64,000 nt of DNA. Source: an uncultured Collinsella sp. (GTDB taxonomy: Bacteria; Actinomycetota; Coriobacteriia; Coriobacteriales; Coriobacteriaceae). Each line of letters starts with the position of its first letter. Within the stretch, counting starts at the first letter, position 1. The translations under genes and the position numbers were made by a program. The notes under the pieces were generated by a model. It was not told the origin of the DNA, did no database searches, and was given only the letters and a program-made list of their open reading frames with translations. Below, one piece after another: positions 46,173 to 56,035 of this stretch. The stretch is taken from the NCBI GenBank assembly GCA_900546475.1, contig URDI01000004.1, positions 1,451 through 65,450 on the forward strand. Reading direction: 5' to 3'.

Positions 46173-46218
46173 GGAAAGCGCATCCCGGAATGGAGGCCCA
46201 AACTGGGATGCGCTTTCC
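46173..46218. terminator. Hairpin between the convergent patatin and thiE genes
   Basis: GGAAAGCGCATCCC..GGGATGCGCTTTCC, a 14-bp perfect stem. Confidence 0.6.
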
Positions 46219-46262
46219 ATTGCTGAAGATATGAGGCTGCGAATCAGCTGTTCGGCCTATGC

Positions 46263-46958
46263 CTATGCCTGCTGCCAGGTGTCGACAAGCTCCTTGGCTG
46301 CGGCATGGGGGTCGTCGGCGCTGCAGACGGCGCTTACCACAAAGAAGCCGTCGACGCCGGTGGCCTTAAGCTGCGGCAAGTCGGCCGTCTTAACGCCGCC
46401 GCCCACCACGATGGGCACGGGGCTTGCCGCGTGGAGTGCGGCAAGGTCCTCAAAGCTCTTGGTGATGATAGAGCCGTCGGCCGCGCGTCCGCAGTCGCGC
46501 TTGGTCTCGGTCTCGTGGAGCGGGCCGATGCCCAGGTAGTCGACCAGGCTCATGTCGGCGGTCTTGACGTACTCGAGCATCTCCTCGCAACGGGCCGAAA
46601 GGCCCACGATGGCGTCGGGGCCCAGCAGCTTGCGGCAGACCTCGACGGGAATGTCGCTCTGGCCTACGTGCACGCCATCGACGGCAATGCCCTGCTCGCG
46701 CGCGGCAAGCACACAGTCCAGACGGTCATCGATTAACAGGGCGACCTGACCGGTCTTGCCGGCCTGTGCGATTGCCTGCGCGGCGTCGCCGGTCAGCGCG
46801 ATGATCTCGCGGGCACTTGCCACCTTGGAGCGCACCTGGATGCAGGTAAAGCCGGCGTCGAGTGCCTGGGCCACCACATCGCCCACGGGGCGTCCGAGGG
46901 TGTTTTCGGGGCCGAGTACCAGATAGGCCGAGATATCAAGGTTGTCGCGGATGCTCAT
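46263..46958 (-). CDS. thiE: Thiamine-phosphate synthase
   Basis: TIM-barrel ThiE signature regions (IQVRSK.., VHVGQSD, PIVVGGG). It lies in an operon with thiM. Confidence 0.88.
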   Translation of the reverse strand: MSIRDNLDISAYLVLGPENTLGRPVGDVVAQALDAGFTCIQVRSKVASAREIIALTGDAAQAIAQAGKTGQVALLIDDRLDCVLAAREQGIAVDGVHVGQSDIPVEVCRKLLGPDAIVGLSARCEEMLEYVKTADMSLVDYLGIGPLHETETKRDCGRAADGSIITKSFEDLAALHAASPVPIVVGGGVKTADLPQLKATGVDGFFVVSAVCSADDPHAAAKELVDTWQQA

Positions 46959-47296
46959 CGTGCTTCCTCCTGCTTTTTGATCTGTGCTTCCATGCGCTCG
47001 AGTTTGCCGGTCATGGTGTCGGTAAATCCGGGTCGAATATCGGCTTTGAGCACGACTTCGGTGCGGATGCCCTTGCTCGCCAACACAAAGGTCGCGTCGC
47101 GCACGACCTGCATGACCTCGTCCCAGTCGCCCTCGATCTCGGTGAACATCGAGGTGGTGCGGTTGGGAAGGCCGCTCTCGCGAATGACACGCACGACCTC
47201 GGCGACCTCGGCGGACAGCTCATCGCCGGTGCCGCATGGGGCGATGGCCACGGCGACGAGTGTGTTCATGCCGGCATCGGTTGCGGGCTCGGACAT
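46955..47296 (-). CDS. MTH1187/YkoF-family thiamine-binding protein
   Basis: 113 aa with the ..VAIAPCGTGDELSAEVAEVVRVIRESGL..TEIEG pattern. It overlaps thiE by 4 nt. Confidence 0.7.
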   Translation of the reverse strand: MSEPATDAGMNTLVAVAIAPCGTGDELSAEVAEVVRVIRESGLPNRTTSMFTEIEGDWDEVMQVVRDATFVLASKGIRTEVVLKADIRPGFTDTMTGKLERMEAQIKKQEEAR

Positions 47297-47299
47297 GGC

Positions 47300-48139
47300 T
47301 TATGCCTCCTCGAGCTCGAGTCGGTTATCGGCAATGTCCTGGGCGGTCGCGCGGTAGAGCTCGTCGATAAAGGCGGCCTTAAAGCTTGCCGGGGCATCGG
47401 CGACAGCGGCGGCACGCGTGCCGGCAACGTTGTAGACGGCGGCACCGCAGACGGCTGCCGTAAACGGATCGGCGGCGCAGGCATACACGGCCAGCACGCC
47501 GCCCTGCGAGCAGCCGCAACCGGTGATCTTGGACATGAGCGGGCTGCCGCCGTGGGACTTGGCCACGGTTGTGCCGTCGGTAATCAGGTCGACTTCGCCC
47601 GAGACCACAACGGCGCCGCCGGTGTAGCGGGCGAGCGCCACGGCGGCATCGCGGGCAGCGTCGACCGTGTCGGTGGTATCGACACCGCGCACGCGGCTCA
47701 GATCGGCCGCCTCACCCTCAAGACCCCATAGGCCGGCGAGCGCGATGATCTCGGAGGCGTTGCCGCGCACGATGGCGGGCTTGTACTGCTTGAGTTCGCT
47801 TACCAACTGGGTGCGCAGGCTACCGATGCCCAGGCCAACCGGATCGAGTACCCAGGGCTTGCCGGCGTCGTGTGCCGCCTTGGCCGCGCGGGGAATCGTC
47901 TGCTCGTAGATGGGGAAGAGCGTACCCATATTGAGATAGATGGCGCCGCCGCCGGCAACGAGTGCCTCGCCCTCGTCGGGCAGATAGACCATGGCGGCCG
48001 ATCCGCCCACGGCGAGCTGTGCGTTGGCGACAAAGTCAATCGTCACCGTGTTGGTGATGGAGCCTGCCATCGGATTGGTGGCGCGAATCTCCCCCACGGC
48101 CTTGATCACATGTTGCTTAAGCTGTTCCGAATCAATCAC
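47300..48139 (-). CDS. thiM: Hydroxyethylthiazole kinase
   Basis: 279 aa of ThiM-like sequence (ITNTVT.DFVAN, RGNASEI, ITGCGCSQG). GTG start with an AAGGAGG Shine-Dalgarno. Confidence 0.88.
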   Translation of the reverse strand: MIDSEQLKQHVIKAVGEIRATNPMAGSITNTVTIDFVANAQLAVGGSAAMVYLPDEGEALVAGGGAIYLNMGTLFPIYEQTIPRAAKAAHDAGKPWVLDPVGLGIGSLRTQLVSELKQYKPAIVRGNASEIIALAGLWGLEGEAADLSRVRGVDTTDTVDAARDAAVALARYTGGAVVVSGEVDLITDGTTVAKSHGGSPLMSKITGCGCSQGGVLAVYACAADPFTAAVCGAAVYNVAGTRAAAVADAPASFKAAFIDELYRATAQDIADNRLELEEA

Positions 48140-48164
48140 TGCACATGCCTCCTTGGCATAGAAA

Positions 48165-48190
48165 AGGGGCGCTGTGCATAGACAGCGCCC
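48165..48190 (-). terminator. Attenuator/terminator of the TPP riboswitch expression platform
   Basis: On the minus strand, GGGGCGCTGTC-TATGC-ACAGCGCCCC is followed by TTTTC. It lies between the aptamer and thiM. Confidence 0.7.
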
Positions 48191-48202
48191 CTAAAAAGGC
48201 GG

Positions 48203-48296
48203 CATGCTCCCTACGCCAGCATTAACTGACAGGTTCAAAGGATTGGGCCCCATGCCCTCTCAGCCTTGTGGTTTGCACCGCCGGCACTCCCGCATC
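48203..48296 (-). ncRNA. TPP (THI-box) riboswitch
   Basis: The minus strand reads GGGAGUGCC...GGCUGAGAGGG...GAACCUGUCAGUUAAUGCUGGCGUAGGGAGC, matching the conserved CUGAGA and ACCUGA..UAAU.CCAGCG..AGGGA cores. It lies upstream of thiM. Confidence 0.9.
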
Positions 48297-48322
48297 GAAT
48301 CTGTTGTTCCCTATACTAGCGC

Positions 48323-48424
48323 ACCTGCCAAAAAGGGACAGGTTTATTTTGGCAGGTAACAACTGGGGCTTTGCGTTTTCCCAGATAAAACCTGCCAATA
48401 TAAACCTGTCTCTTTTTGGCAGGT
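48323..48424. repeat. Composite element: two inverted copies of the ACCTGCCAAAAAGGGACAGGTTTATTTTGGCAGGT hairpin repeat
   Basis: 48323-48357 matches the reverse complement of 48390-48424 with 2 mismatches. Each copy is itself an 11-bp-stem hairpin. A third copy lies at 24103-24153. Confidence 0.85.
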
Positions 48425-48464
48425 CGGTACAATAGACGGGATTAAGAATGACCGAGGGGGCCTT

Positions 48465-49373
48465 ATGATTAAACTTGTGCTGACCGATATGGACGATACG
48501 CTGATTCCAGCCGGGCATGACGGCGCCAGCGACTACGCCATCGAGGGCATTCATGCCATGCAGGCGGCGGGTCTGCACTTTGGCCCGGTTTCGGGTCGCC
48601 AGCCCTCCGCGATGGGCTGGATGTTCCGCAATCGCGCCGAGTGCTTCTCGACCGGCGCGTTTTGCAACGGCCAGGTCATGTTTGTGGACGGCGAGGTGGT
48701 AGCCTCGCATGCGACCGATAACGCCGCCCTTATGCGCTTGGCTGACTACTTGGAGCAAGAGACCGACGATACGTATCTGAAGGTCTACAGCCTGGGCGAT
48801 GACTTTTGGGGCAACGATGCCTATTGTGTAACGAGCGACCCCGAGCGTGTGCGCCGCGCCATGGAGTCGGGCGGCAACGCATGGCTCAAGGGCGAAGAGG
48901 CCCCGTGCCGTCCTGTCGTCGATGACGCACCAGTGTTCAAGGCGAATATCTGGAGTGCTCGTTCGCGTGAGGAGCTCGCGGAGCTACGCGAGCGCGTTGC
49001 CGCCGAGGTGCCGGAACTCTCGCTCGTGTTTCCCAACAATCGTGTGCGCCTGTTCGACATTCTTCCAGCAGGTTGGGACAAGGGTTGCGCTGCGCTGGAG
49101 CTGGCGCGCGCTTTGGACCTGACGTCCGACGAGGTGGCCGTATTTGGCGATTCCGATAACGACCTGCCCATGATCGGTGCCGTCCCCAACTCCGTTGCAG
49201 TCGCCAATGCCAACGAGGCCGTCACGGCTGCCGCGCGCTGGCATATCGGCGCTGCGGCAGACGATGCGGTTGCCGGGGCTCTGCATCAGATTGCCGCCTG
49301 CGCCGCGACGGGGGAGATGCCGTCGTTTATGCGTCAGATGAGCACGACGGGTTTCGACGTCACGAACGTCTAG
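48465..49373 (+). CDS. HAD-IIB (Cof-type) phosphatase
   Basis: LVLTDMDDTL motif I and GDSDNDLPM motif IV. Confidence 0.82.
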   Translation: MIKLVLTDMDDTLIPAGHDGASDYAIEGIHAMQAAGLHFGPVSGRQPSAMGWMFRNRAECFSTGAFCNGQVMFVDGEVVASHATDNAALMRLADYLEQETDDTYLKVYSLGDDFWGNDAYCVTSDPERVRRAMESGGNAWLKGEEAPCRPVVDDAPVFKANIWSARSREELAELRERVAAEVPELSLVFPNNRVRLFDILPAGWDKGCAALELARALDLTSDEVAVFGDSDNDLPMIGAVPNSVAVANANEAVTAAARWHIGAAADDAVAGALHQIAACAATGEMPSFMRQMSTTGFDVTNV

Positions 49374-49383
49374 GGAGAAAGCC

Positions 49384-50280
49384 ATGAAGCTTCAGCAGCT
49401 CAGATATGTCGTCAAAGTTGCCGAATGCGGCAGCATCACCGAGGCCTCGCGCCGGCTCTTTGTGTCGCAGCCTTCGATCACCGCATCGATTCGCGATCTC
49501 GAAAACGAGATGGGTGTGCATATCTTTGAGCGCACCAACAAGGGTGTCATTGTGTCCGAGGAGGGCGAGACCTTCTTGGGTTACGCGCGCCAGGTGCTCG
49601 ACCAGGCCGACCTGCTCGAGGACAAGTACAAAGGAGCATCCGAACAGGTGCCGCATTTTAGCGTAAGCTGTCAGCACTATTCCTTTGCCGTCAACGCGTT
49701 TGTCGACGTGATCCGCGAGTTCGATGCCGCGCGCTACGACTTTACCTTGCGCGAGGAGCAGACCCACGAGATTATCGAGGATGTCGCGCATATGAAAAGC
49801 GAACTGGGCATCCTGTACTTATCCGAGCATAACCGCGAGGTCATCGAGCGCATGCTGGTGGCCAACGAGCTCGTGTTCGAAGGACTCTTCTGCGCCACGC
49901 CACATGTCTTCGTCTGCGCCGACCATCCGCTGGCGGACCGCTCCAGCGTGACGCTCGAGGACTTGGAAGACTACCCGTTTTTGTCCTACGAGCAGGGCAG
50001 CTATAACTCGTTTTACTATTCCGAGGAACTGACCTCGACGTTTGAGCGCCACAAGAATATCCGCGTGCGCGACCGCGCGACGTTGTTCAACCTGGCCATG
50101 GGCCTCAACGGCTACACGGTATGTTCGGGCGTGATCAGCCACGAGCTCAACGGCCCCGGCATTATCTCGATTCCGCTCGACGTGGACGAGTACATGGAGA
50201 TTGGCATCATCACACGCAAGAACACGACGCTCACGCGCTACGGTCGGGCCTATATCGACGCGATTCGTCAGCATATCTAG
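49384..50280 (+). CDS. LysR-family transcriptional regulator
   Basis: HTH (GSITEASRRLFVSQPSITASIRDLENEMG) plus a LysR effector domain. Confidence 0.9.
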   Translation: MKLQQLRYVVKVAECGSITEASRRLFVSQPSITASIRDLENEMGVHIFERTNKGVIVSEEGETFLGYARQVLDQADLLEDKYKGASEQVPHFSVSCQHYSFAVNAFVDVIREFDAARYDFTLREEQTHEIIEDVAHMKSELGILYLSEHNREVIERMLVANELVFEGLFCATPHVFVCADHPLADRSSVTLEDLEDYPFLSYEQGSYNSFYYSEELTSTFERHKNIRVRDRATLFNLAMGLNGYTVCSGVISHELNGPGIISIPLDVDEYMEIGIITRKNTTLTRYGRAYIDAIRQHI

Positions 50281-50327
50281 GGTGCTGTGCTCCGCACGGT
50301 TCAAGTCTCTTTATGGCAGTCCAGACT

Positions 50328-50348
50328 GATATAGGAAGCATCTATATC
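50328..50348. promoter_or_regulatory. Candidate LysR box (GATATAG-N7-CTATATC, contains T-N11-A)
   Basis: A perfect 7-bp inverted repeat lies between the LysR gene and the MetE-like gene. Confidence 0.35.
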
Positions 50349-50435
50349 AAACTGTTATAAACGTATATTTTACGATGGTCATATGAGCGCTCATACTCTG
50401 TCCCAGTAAAGCAACCAATGCAAAGGGAGATATCT

Positions 50436-51569
50436 ATGAGCACTTCGATTCAACCGAACGCGCCGTTTCGCGCCGATATCGTCGGCAGCTTTCTTCGTCC
50501 GCAGGCTGTAAAGGACGCCCGTGCCGCCTATGTCGCGGGTAAACTCGACGCTTCCGGCCTTAAGGCCGTCGAGGACGATGCCATTCGCGATTTGGTGGCC
50601 AAGCAGAAGGCCGCCGGCCTGCAGGCGATCACCGATGGCGAGTTCCGCCGCAGCTACTGGCACCTCGATTTTATGTGGGGCCTTAACGGCATTGAGCGCC
50701 GCACCTCACGCACGGGTTATATGTTCCATGACGAGGAGACGACGGCCGACACCGCCGTGGTTACCGGTTCCATTAGCGGCGAGAACCACCCGTTCGTCGA
50801 GCATTTTAAGTTCGTCAAGGCGCTTGAGGGAGAGGGCCAGGTCGCACGGCAAACCATTCCGGCGCCGATCCAGACGTTCTCCGAAGTCACGCTCGACCGC
50901 TGCGACGGCCAGCAGGAGAGTCTACGCGCCGTCTACAAGACCGACGAAGAGCTCGCCGATGCCATTGCCGCAGCATACCGCACCGTGATTGCCGACTTGT
51001 ATGCCGCGGGCTGCCGCAACATCCAATTTGATGACTGCACCTGGGGCATCTATTGCGATACCGACTTTGTGTCCAAGACTGGCATGAGCCCGGTTGACCT
51101 GCAAAAGGTGTCCGAGCTGGGCGTGGCACTCAACAATGCCGCCATCGCGGGCAAGCCTGACGATTTGGTCATCAACACGCACGTGTGCCGCGGCAACTAT
51201 CATTCCACCTATGCTTTTGAGGGCGGCTACGACCCCATCGCGCCGTACCTGTTCGCACATGAGAACGTCGATGCGTTCTATCTGGAGTTCGACACACCCC
51301 GCGCCGGTGGTTTTGAGCCGCTCAAGTACGTTGCCCCCGGCAAGAAGGTGGTGCTGGGACTGATCACTACAAAGGCGGCTGAGCTTGAGGACGAGGACGT
51401 TATCGTCGAACGTATTCACGAGGCCGCAAAGTATGTGCCGCTCGAGAACCTGTACCTGTCGCCCCAGTGCGGCTTTGCCAGCTGCGAGATTGGCAACAAA
51501 CTGACCGAGGACGAACAGTGGGCAAAGATCGCGCTGGTCAAGCGCGTTGCCGAGCGCGTTTGGAAATAG
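50436..51569 (+). CDS. Cobalamin-independent methionine synthase-like protein (MetE C-terminal domain family)
   Basis: FRADIVGSFLRP, ITDGEFRRSYWHLDF, HVCRGN and SPQCGFAS (zinc ligands) are typical of the MetE catalytic-domain family. An AAAGGGAGA Shine-Dalgarno lies upstream. Confidence 0.8.
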   Translation: MSTSIQPNAPFRADIVGSFLRPQAVKDARAAYVAGKLDASGLKAVEDDAIRDLVAKQKAAGLQAITDGEFRRSYWHLDFMWGLNGIERRTSRTGYMFHDEETTADTAVVTGSISGENHPFVEHFKFVKALEGEGQVARQTIPAPIQTFSEVTLDRCDGQQESLRAVYKTDEELADAIAAAYRTVIADLYAAGCRNIQFDDCTWGIYCDTDFVSKTGMSPVDLQKVSELGVALNNAAIAGKPDDLVINTHVCRGNYHSTYAFEGGYDPIAPYLFAHENVDAFYLEFDTPRAGGFEPLKYVAPGKKVVLGLITTKAAELEDEDVIVERIHEAAKYVPLENLYLSPQCGFASCEIGNKLTEDEQWAKIALVKRVAERVWK

Positions 51570-51691
51570 CGGTAACGTTTGCAGGTGACGGCGCGTGCGA
51601 GACATGGTGCATCGCGTACAATGGTTCGGATCGTATCGTTCGGGCAGGTTATCCGATATGCCCGATCGCCCTTCCATTCGAAAGGACATCC

Positions 51692-53026
51692 ATGTCCCAG
51701 TCTTCGACGCCCGCCGTCACCGATGCCATCTACGACGCATCGTCGCTCGGCCGCCCGCGCATGTTTTTGCTCGGCCTACAGCACCTGTTTGCCATGTTTG
51801 GTGCCACGGTGCTGGTGCCCGTGCTCACCGGTCTCTCGGTTTCGGCAACGCTTTTGTTTGCCGGCTTGGGCACGCTGCTGTTCCACTTCCTGTCGCGCGG
51901 TAAGGTGCCGGCATTTTTGGGCTCATCGTTTGCCTTTATTGCCGGTTATGCCGCCATCGCGCCCAACTGCGAGGCCGAGCTTTTGCCCTACGCCTGCCTG
52001 GGCGTTGCCTGCGCCGGTCTACTCTATCCGGTACTTGCGGCACTCTTCCGCGCGTTTGGCGCCAAGCGCGTCATGCGCTTCTTCCCGCCGGTGGTGACCG
52101 GTCCCATCGTCATTTCCATCGGCTTGATTCTGGCGAGCTCCGCTATTGCCAACTGCCAGACCAACTGGCTTGTGGCTGTTATTGCCGTTGCCGTTATCGT
52201 GATCTGCAACATTTGGGGTCGCGGCATGGTTAAGATCGTGCCGATCCTGCTGGGCGTCGTGGTGAGCTATGCCGTTGCCGCCGCGTTGGGTGAGGTCGAT
52301 TTTTCGGGCGTTGCCGCCGCGCCGTGGGTCGGTCTTCCCATCGTGTGGGACAACACCGTGTTTGCACTCTTTGGGCCGCAGTTCGATAGCGGCCTTGCCA
52401 CGACCGCCATCATCACCATCATGCCGTTGGCCTTTGCAACCATGATCGAGCATATCGGTGATATCTCCGCTATTGGCTCCACCTGCGAGCGTAACTACAT
52501 TGCCGATCCCGGCCTGCATCGCACGCTGCTCGGCGATGGTCTCGCCACGATCCTGGCTTCGCTCTTTGGCGCTCCGGCCAACACCACGTATGGCGAGAAC
52601 ACCGGCGTGCTCGCTCTGACGCGCGTGTTCGACCCGCGCGTGATTCGCATTGCCGCGTGCTGCGCCATCGTGCTTTCCTTCTGCCCCAAGTTCGCTGCCG
52701 TGATCGCCGCCATGCCGCCATGCGTTATCGGCGGCGTGTCGCTCGTACTCTACGGCATGATCAGTGCCGTAGGCGTGCGCAACCTCATTGAGAACCAGGT
52801 CGATTTCCAGAACAACCGCAACGTGCTGGTGGCCGCTCTTGTGCTCGTGCTTTCGCTCGGCATCGCGTACAGCACCGCCGGCGCCATCGTGTTGGAGCTG
52901 GGCGGCGTGACGATTTCGCTTTCGGGTCTTGCCGTGGGTTCGCTGGTGGGTATCGTGCTCAATGCGATTCTGCCGGGTAATGACTTTGAGTTCGACGTTT
53001 CCGAACTCGAGGAAGCCGCCGAGTAA
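51692..53026 (+). CDS. NCS2-family uracil/xanthine permease
   Basis: LGLQHLFAMFGATVLVP, EHIGD and NTTYGENTGV motifs. The upstream 75 codons of the track ORF overlap the preceding gene and are discarded. Confidence 0.85.
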   Translation: MSQSSTPAVTDAIYDASSLGRPRMFLLGLQHLFAMFGATVLVPVLTGLSVSATLLFAGLGTLLFHFLSRGKVPAFLGSSFAFIAGYAAIAPNCEAELLPYACLGVACAGLLYPVLAALFRAFGAKRVMRFFPPVVTGPIVISIGLILASSAIANCQTNWLVAVIAVAVIVICNIWGRGMVKIVPILLGVVVSYAVAAALGEVDFSGVAAAPWVGLPIVWDNTVFALFGPQFDSGLATTAIITIMPLAFATMIEHIGDISAIGSTCERNYIADPGLHRTLLGDGLATILASLFGAPANTTYGENTGVLALTRVFDPRVIRIAACCAIVLSFCPKFAAVIAAMPPCVIGGVSLVLYGMISAVGVRNLIENQVDFQNNRNVLVAALVLVLSLGIAYSTAGAIVLELGGVTISLSGLAVGSLVGIVLNAILPGNDFEFDVSELEEAAE

Positions 53027-53051
53027 CGGCTGGCTGTTGATAGGGCTTACT

Positions 53052-53090
53052 ATGGCTCCCATGCGTGCTGCAACGTGTGGGAGCCATTTT
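53052..53090. terminator. Intrinsic terminator between the convergent permease and esterase genes
   Basis: ATGGCTCCCA..TGGGAGCCAT followed by TTTT. Confidence 0.7.
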
Positions 53091-53755
53091 TAGTGCGTGA
53101 GTATCCAGTGGATGCCATGCGCCATGCGCAGGTCGGTCTGGGCAAAGTGATTGCCGGGGTTGAGTTCGAAGGCCGCGGGGATGCCTCGGTCGCCGAGCAG
53201 CTTTTCCATTGCGTGCGTATCGTCGAGTACGTGCCGCATCATGCGGTTGGGTGTCTTGGTCTCCTTTTTGCCGAGCGACAGATAGACGGCGCTGGGCGTA
53301 GCTGTCATCGCGTGGTTATGCGCATAGTCGATAAAGCCGGGAAACCACAGGGACCCCGATGCGCTTGCAGCGCGGTCAAAGGCATCGGTCTGCCAGAGGG
53401 CCCAAAGCGAAAAGAGGCCTGCCAGCGAGTAGCCGGCAATGCCGCGCCAGGTGGGCGGTTGCGGGAGCGATGATTCGGCCTCTGGGATTATCTGCTTCAA
53501 CAACTCGTCAAGAAAACCAGCGGCCTGTCCACCAAAGGGCTCGGCATCGCGCACGGTACCGTCGCATACCCAGGGGCTCAGCTCGCGATTCCAGTTGAGG
53601 CTGCCAATGCCGACAAGCGTGAAGGGCGGGCAGTTGAGCTCTCGGCAGCGTTCATAAACCTCCGTGCCGTCGCCCATGACCACGGGAAGATAGATGACTG
53701 GTGCGCTTTCGGCATGCTGTGCATGAACGGTTATCTGCTTTTGATGCGCTTCCAT
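53090..53755 (-). CDS. Alpha/beta-hydrolase esterase (putative esterase family)
   Basis: GxSxG nucleophile elbow GYSLAG, with family-like spacing. The start is at cat 53753-53755. Confidence 0.7.
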   Translation of the reverse strand: MEAHQKQITVHAQHAESAPVIYLPVVMGDGTEVYERCRELNCPPFTLVGIGSLNWNRELSPWVCDGTVRDAEPFGGQAAGFLDELLKQIIPEAESSLPQPPTWRGIAGYSLAGLFSLWALWQTDAFDRAASASGSLWFPGFIDYAHNHAMTATPSAVYLSLGKKETKTPNRMMRHVLDDTHAMEKLLGDRGIPAAFELNPGNHFAQTDLRMAHGIHWILTH

Positions 53756-53862
53756 GACGGGCTTCTCTCGGCGTTGTGATATCGACGGCCCCCATTGTCG
53801 CACGCCGGCTCATGCAGGTTGGGCTAGACCAAAGACAATCTCGTGCATACCCTGCGGACGCA

Positions 53863-53905
53863 TATGGAAAACGCCACCGCCGGAGGGGAGCTCGGCGGTG
53901 GCGTT
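53863..53905 (-). terminator. Intrinsic terminator of surface-protein paralog 1
   Basis: On the minus strand, the 13-bp stem AACGCCACCGCCG..CGGCGGTGGCGTT is followed by TTTCC. It is nearly identical to 55935-55977. Confidence 0.7.
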
Positions 53906-53962
53906 GTTAAACGGTGCTGGGACTCGGGGCCTTCGCGGGAGCTGCCATGTGCGCAGAGGCGT

Positions 53963-55732
53963 CTAAGAGCGCTTGCGGCTCGCCATGGTGCCTGCGGCGA
54001 TAGCGGCTGTTCCCGCAAGGACGGTTGCCACGATGGCCGCACCCGAGGTGTCGCCGGTTGCCGCGAGCACGCCGGTAGTCTTGGCTTTCGTGGTTGAAGC
54101 CGCAACGGCCTTGGTCGGCTTTGAGCCCTCAGGCTTGGGGTTCTGCTTGGACTCCGCGGGCTTGGTCTCGTCGGGCTTGGGGTCTTCCGGCTTGGCTACC
54201 TCGGGAGGTGCGATGGTCGTGCTTTTGGCGACTGCTTTGATATAGAGGGAGTCGACCGTGGCGTCGCCCGTGCCGATGGCTTGGCCTGCTTCGTAGATGC
54301 CGTCACGGAGCTTGCGATAGTCAATGACCTTGCCGCCTTCGGGCGTCTGGATGGCGGCGTTCTCAATCTTGATGGTGCCGATTGTCTTGCCGTCCGCGCT
54401 CATGGCAAGGGCGAAGATCGCCGCCGTGTCTCCTTCGGCCGTGACCTTGCTGCGGACAATGGAGATGGTCGCGGGCATAATGCCCTCGCTGGTCTGGGCG
54501 ACGATGCCGATGTTCTCGCCTTGGGGTTCGCGCCTCGTCTCGCCATCTTGGTTTTCGCTGTAGGGGGTGGGGCCGTCGCCGTTCTCGACATAGCGGGCTA
54601 TGGCCTTGACAACGGAGTCGCTGATGTAGATGTGGCCACCCTTCTCGTTGGGTCGATCGTTTCTGGTGGAGAATGCAGCCGAAACCTCGCCTTCCGCAAA
54701 CGCGTCCACGGTGGAGCCGTTCTTGACGACGATGTCGTCCTGGTAGGTGAAGAGGGCGATGGCGCCACCGTATCTGCCTTTACCTGCACGGACCGTCACG
54801 TTTGCATGATCGAGGGTGATGCCCTTGTGGGCATAGACGCCATATTCAACACCGTTTACGTTGAGGGAGGCGTTTGTGGCTGCGAGGCTGCCCTTGGCCT
54901 CGACGGCAGCGTCTTTCTCGGAGCTTGCCTTGACCTGGCTGCCGTCCGAGATGTTGATATTGCCGCCGCTCCAAAGGGCCTCACCATCAGCTGAGCTTGC
55001 CTCGACCGTCCCGCCACCCTTGATGGTGAGGTTCTTGTCGGTTCCAATACCCTTGTCCTCGGTAGCCCTGGCGGTGACGGCTCCGCTGTCGTCAATCGTG
55101 ATATTGCCGTTTGCCCTGATGCCATCCGATGCACCCGTGGCGTTGACGTTGCCCGAACCTTTGATAGCGAGATCACCCCCGGCATTGATGGCATCAAACC
55201 CAGTGCTCGTGGCGTTGACGGATCCGGCTCCGTCGATGTTGATATTACCCGTGGAGAGGATAGCGTCCTCAGTAGATGTCACGCTGAGCGTGCTGCCCGC
55301 GTCGCCTTGGATATTGAGCTCGGCATTCTCGTTAGTGCCATGAGAAACGTTGATGCTTTCGATCCATTCGGCAGTGACGATGTTGGTTCCCGAGTAATTC
55401 ACGTTGAGCTTGCCTGCGGCCTGGATCTCGCCGCCGTTATAGTTGTTGAGCTTCAAGTCGTCGGCGCCGTCCCACGACCAGGTACCGGCCTCGTCGCTCG
55501 CCGCGGTGTTGTACTTGTTGCCGCCGACCTTGACCCATTCCGCCGCGAGCGAGACGCTCGGCATGAGCAGCGAGCTCACCGTGAGCGCGCACACGGCGCC
55601 TACGACGATGCGGCGCGTCACGCGGCGCCAGCTGCCGTGCGCGAGTCCTATGCGACGGCGAACGTCGGGTTCGGCAACATGGGTTCCGGCGGTAGTGTCA
55701 TTGCGTTTGGGGGTCGTGAACAAGGCTGCCAT
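53963..55732 (-). CDS. LAxTG-anchored cell-wall surface protein with beta-helix-like repeats (paralog 1)
   Basis: C-terminal sorting signal LAATGDTS plus a hydrophobic helix plus RKRS. There is an N-terminal signal/TM. The body has repetitive GxxNI/VxAxG units. Start at 55732, with an alternative at 55750. Confidence 0.85.
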   Translation of the reverse strand: MAALFTTPKRNDTTAGTHVAEPDVRRRIGLAHGSWRRVTRRIVVGAVCALTVSSLLMPSVSLAAEWVKVGGNKYNTAASDEAGTWSWDGADDLKLNNYNGGEIQAAGKLNVNYSGTNIVTAEWIESINVSHGTNENAELNIQGDAGSTLSVTSTEDAILSTGNINIDGAGSVNATSTGFDAINAGGDLAIKGSGNVNATGASDGIRANGNITIDDSGAVTARATEDKGIGTDKNLTIKGGGTVEASSADGEALWSGGNINISDGSQVKASSEKDAAVEAKGSLAATNASLNVNGVEYGVYAHKGITLDHANVTVRAGKGRYGGAIALFTYQDDIVVKNGSTVDAFAEGEVSAAFSTRNDRPNEKGGHIYISDSVVKAIARYVENGDGPTPYSENQDGETRREPQGENIGIVAQTSEGIMPATISIVRSKVTAEGDTAAIFALAMSADGKTIGTIKIENAAIQTPEGGKVIDYRKLRDGIYEAGQAIGTGDATVDSLYIKAVAKSTTIAPPEVAKPEDPKPDETKPAESKQNPKPEGSKPTKAVAASTTKAKTTGVLAATGDTSGAAIVATVLAGTAAIAAGTMASRKRS

Positions 55733-55934
55733 GGTTGCTCCCGTTCTCATAGGGCCTATACGGCTAGGTTCAGCGTATCTGCTGGATGTTGCCGGCGGTA
55801 GTGCCGTTTGGAGGGCAAAATGTCCAAAATCCGGAAGAGGAATAAGCTGCGCACCTACGCGTTGTCGGGCATTAATCACAAAGCGCGGAGCCGCCTGTTG
55901 CGACTCCGCTCGCGTGTGCACCATACGAGTGCAA

Positions 55935-55977
55935 ACAGGAAACGCCACCGCCGGAGGGGGGGCTCGGCGGTGGCGTT
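55935..55977 (-). terminator. Intrinsic terminator of surface-protein paralog 2
   Basis: It has the same 13-bp stem as 53870-53905. Confidence 0.65.
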
Positions 55978-56035
55978 GCTAAACGGTGCGCGGACTAGGC
56001 GGCTTTAAAAGTGTCGGTTCGTGTATGAAGGGCGT

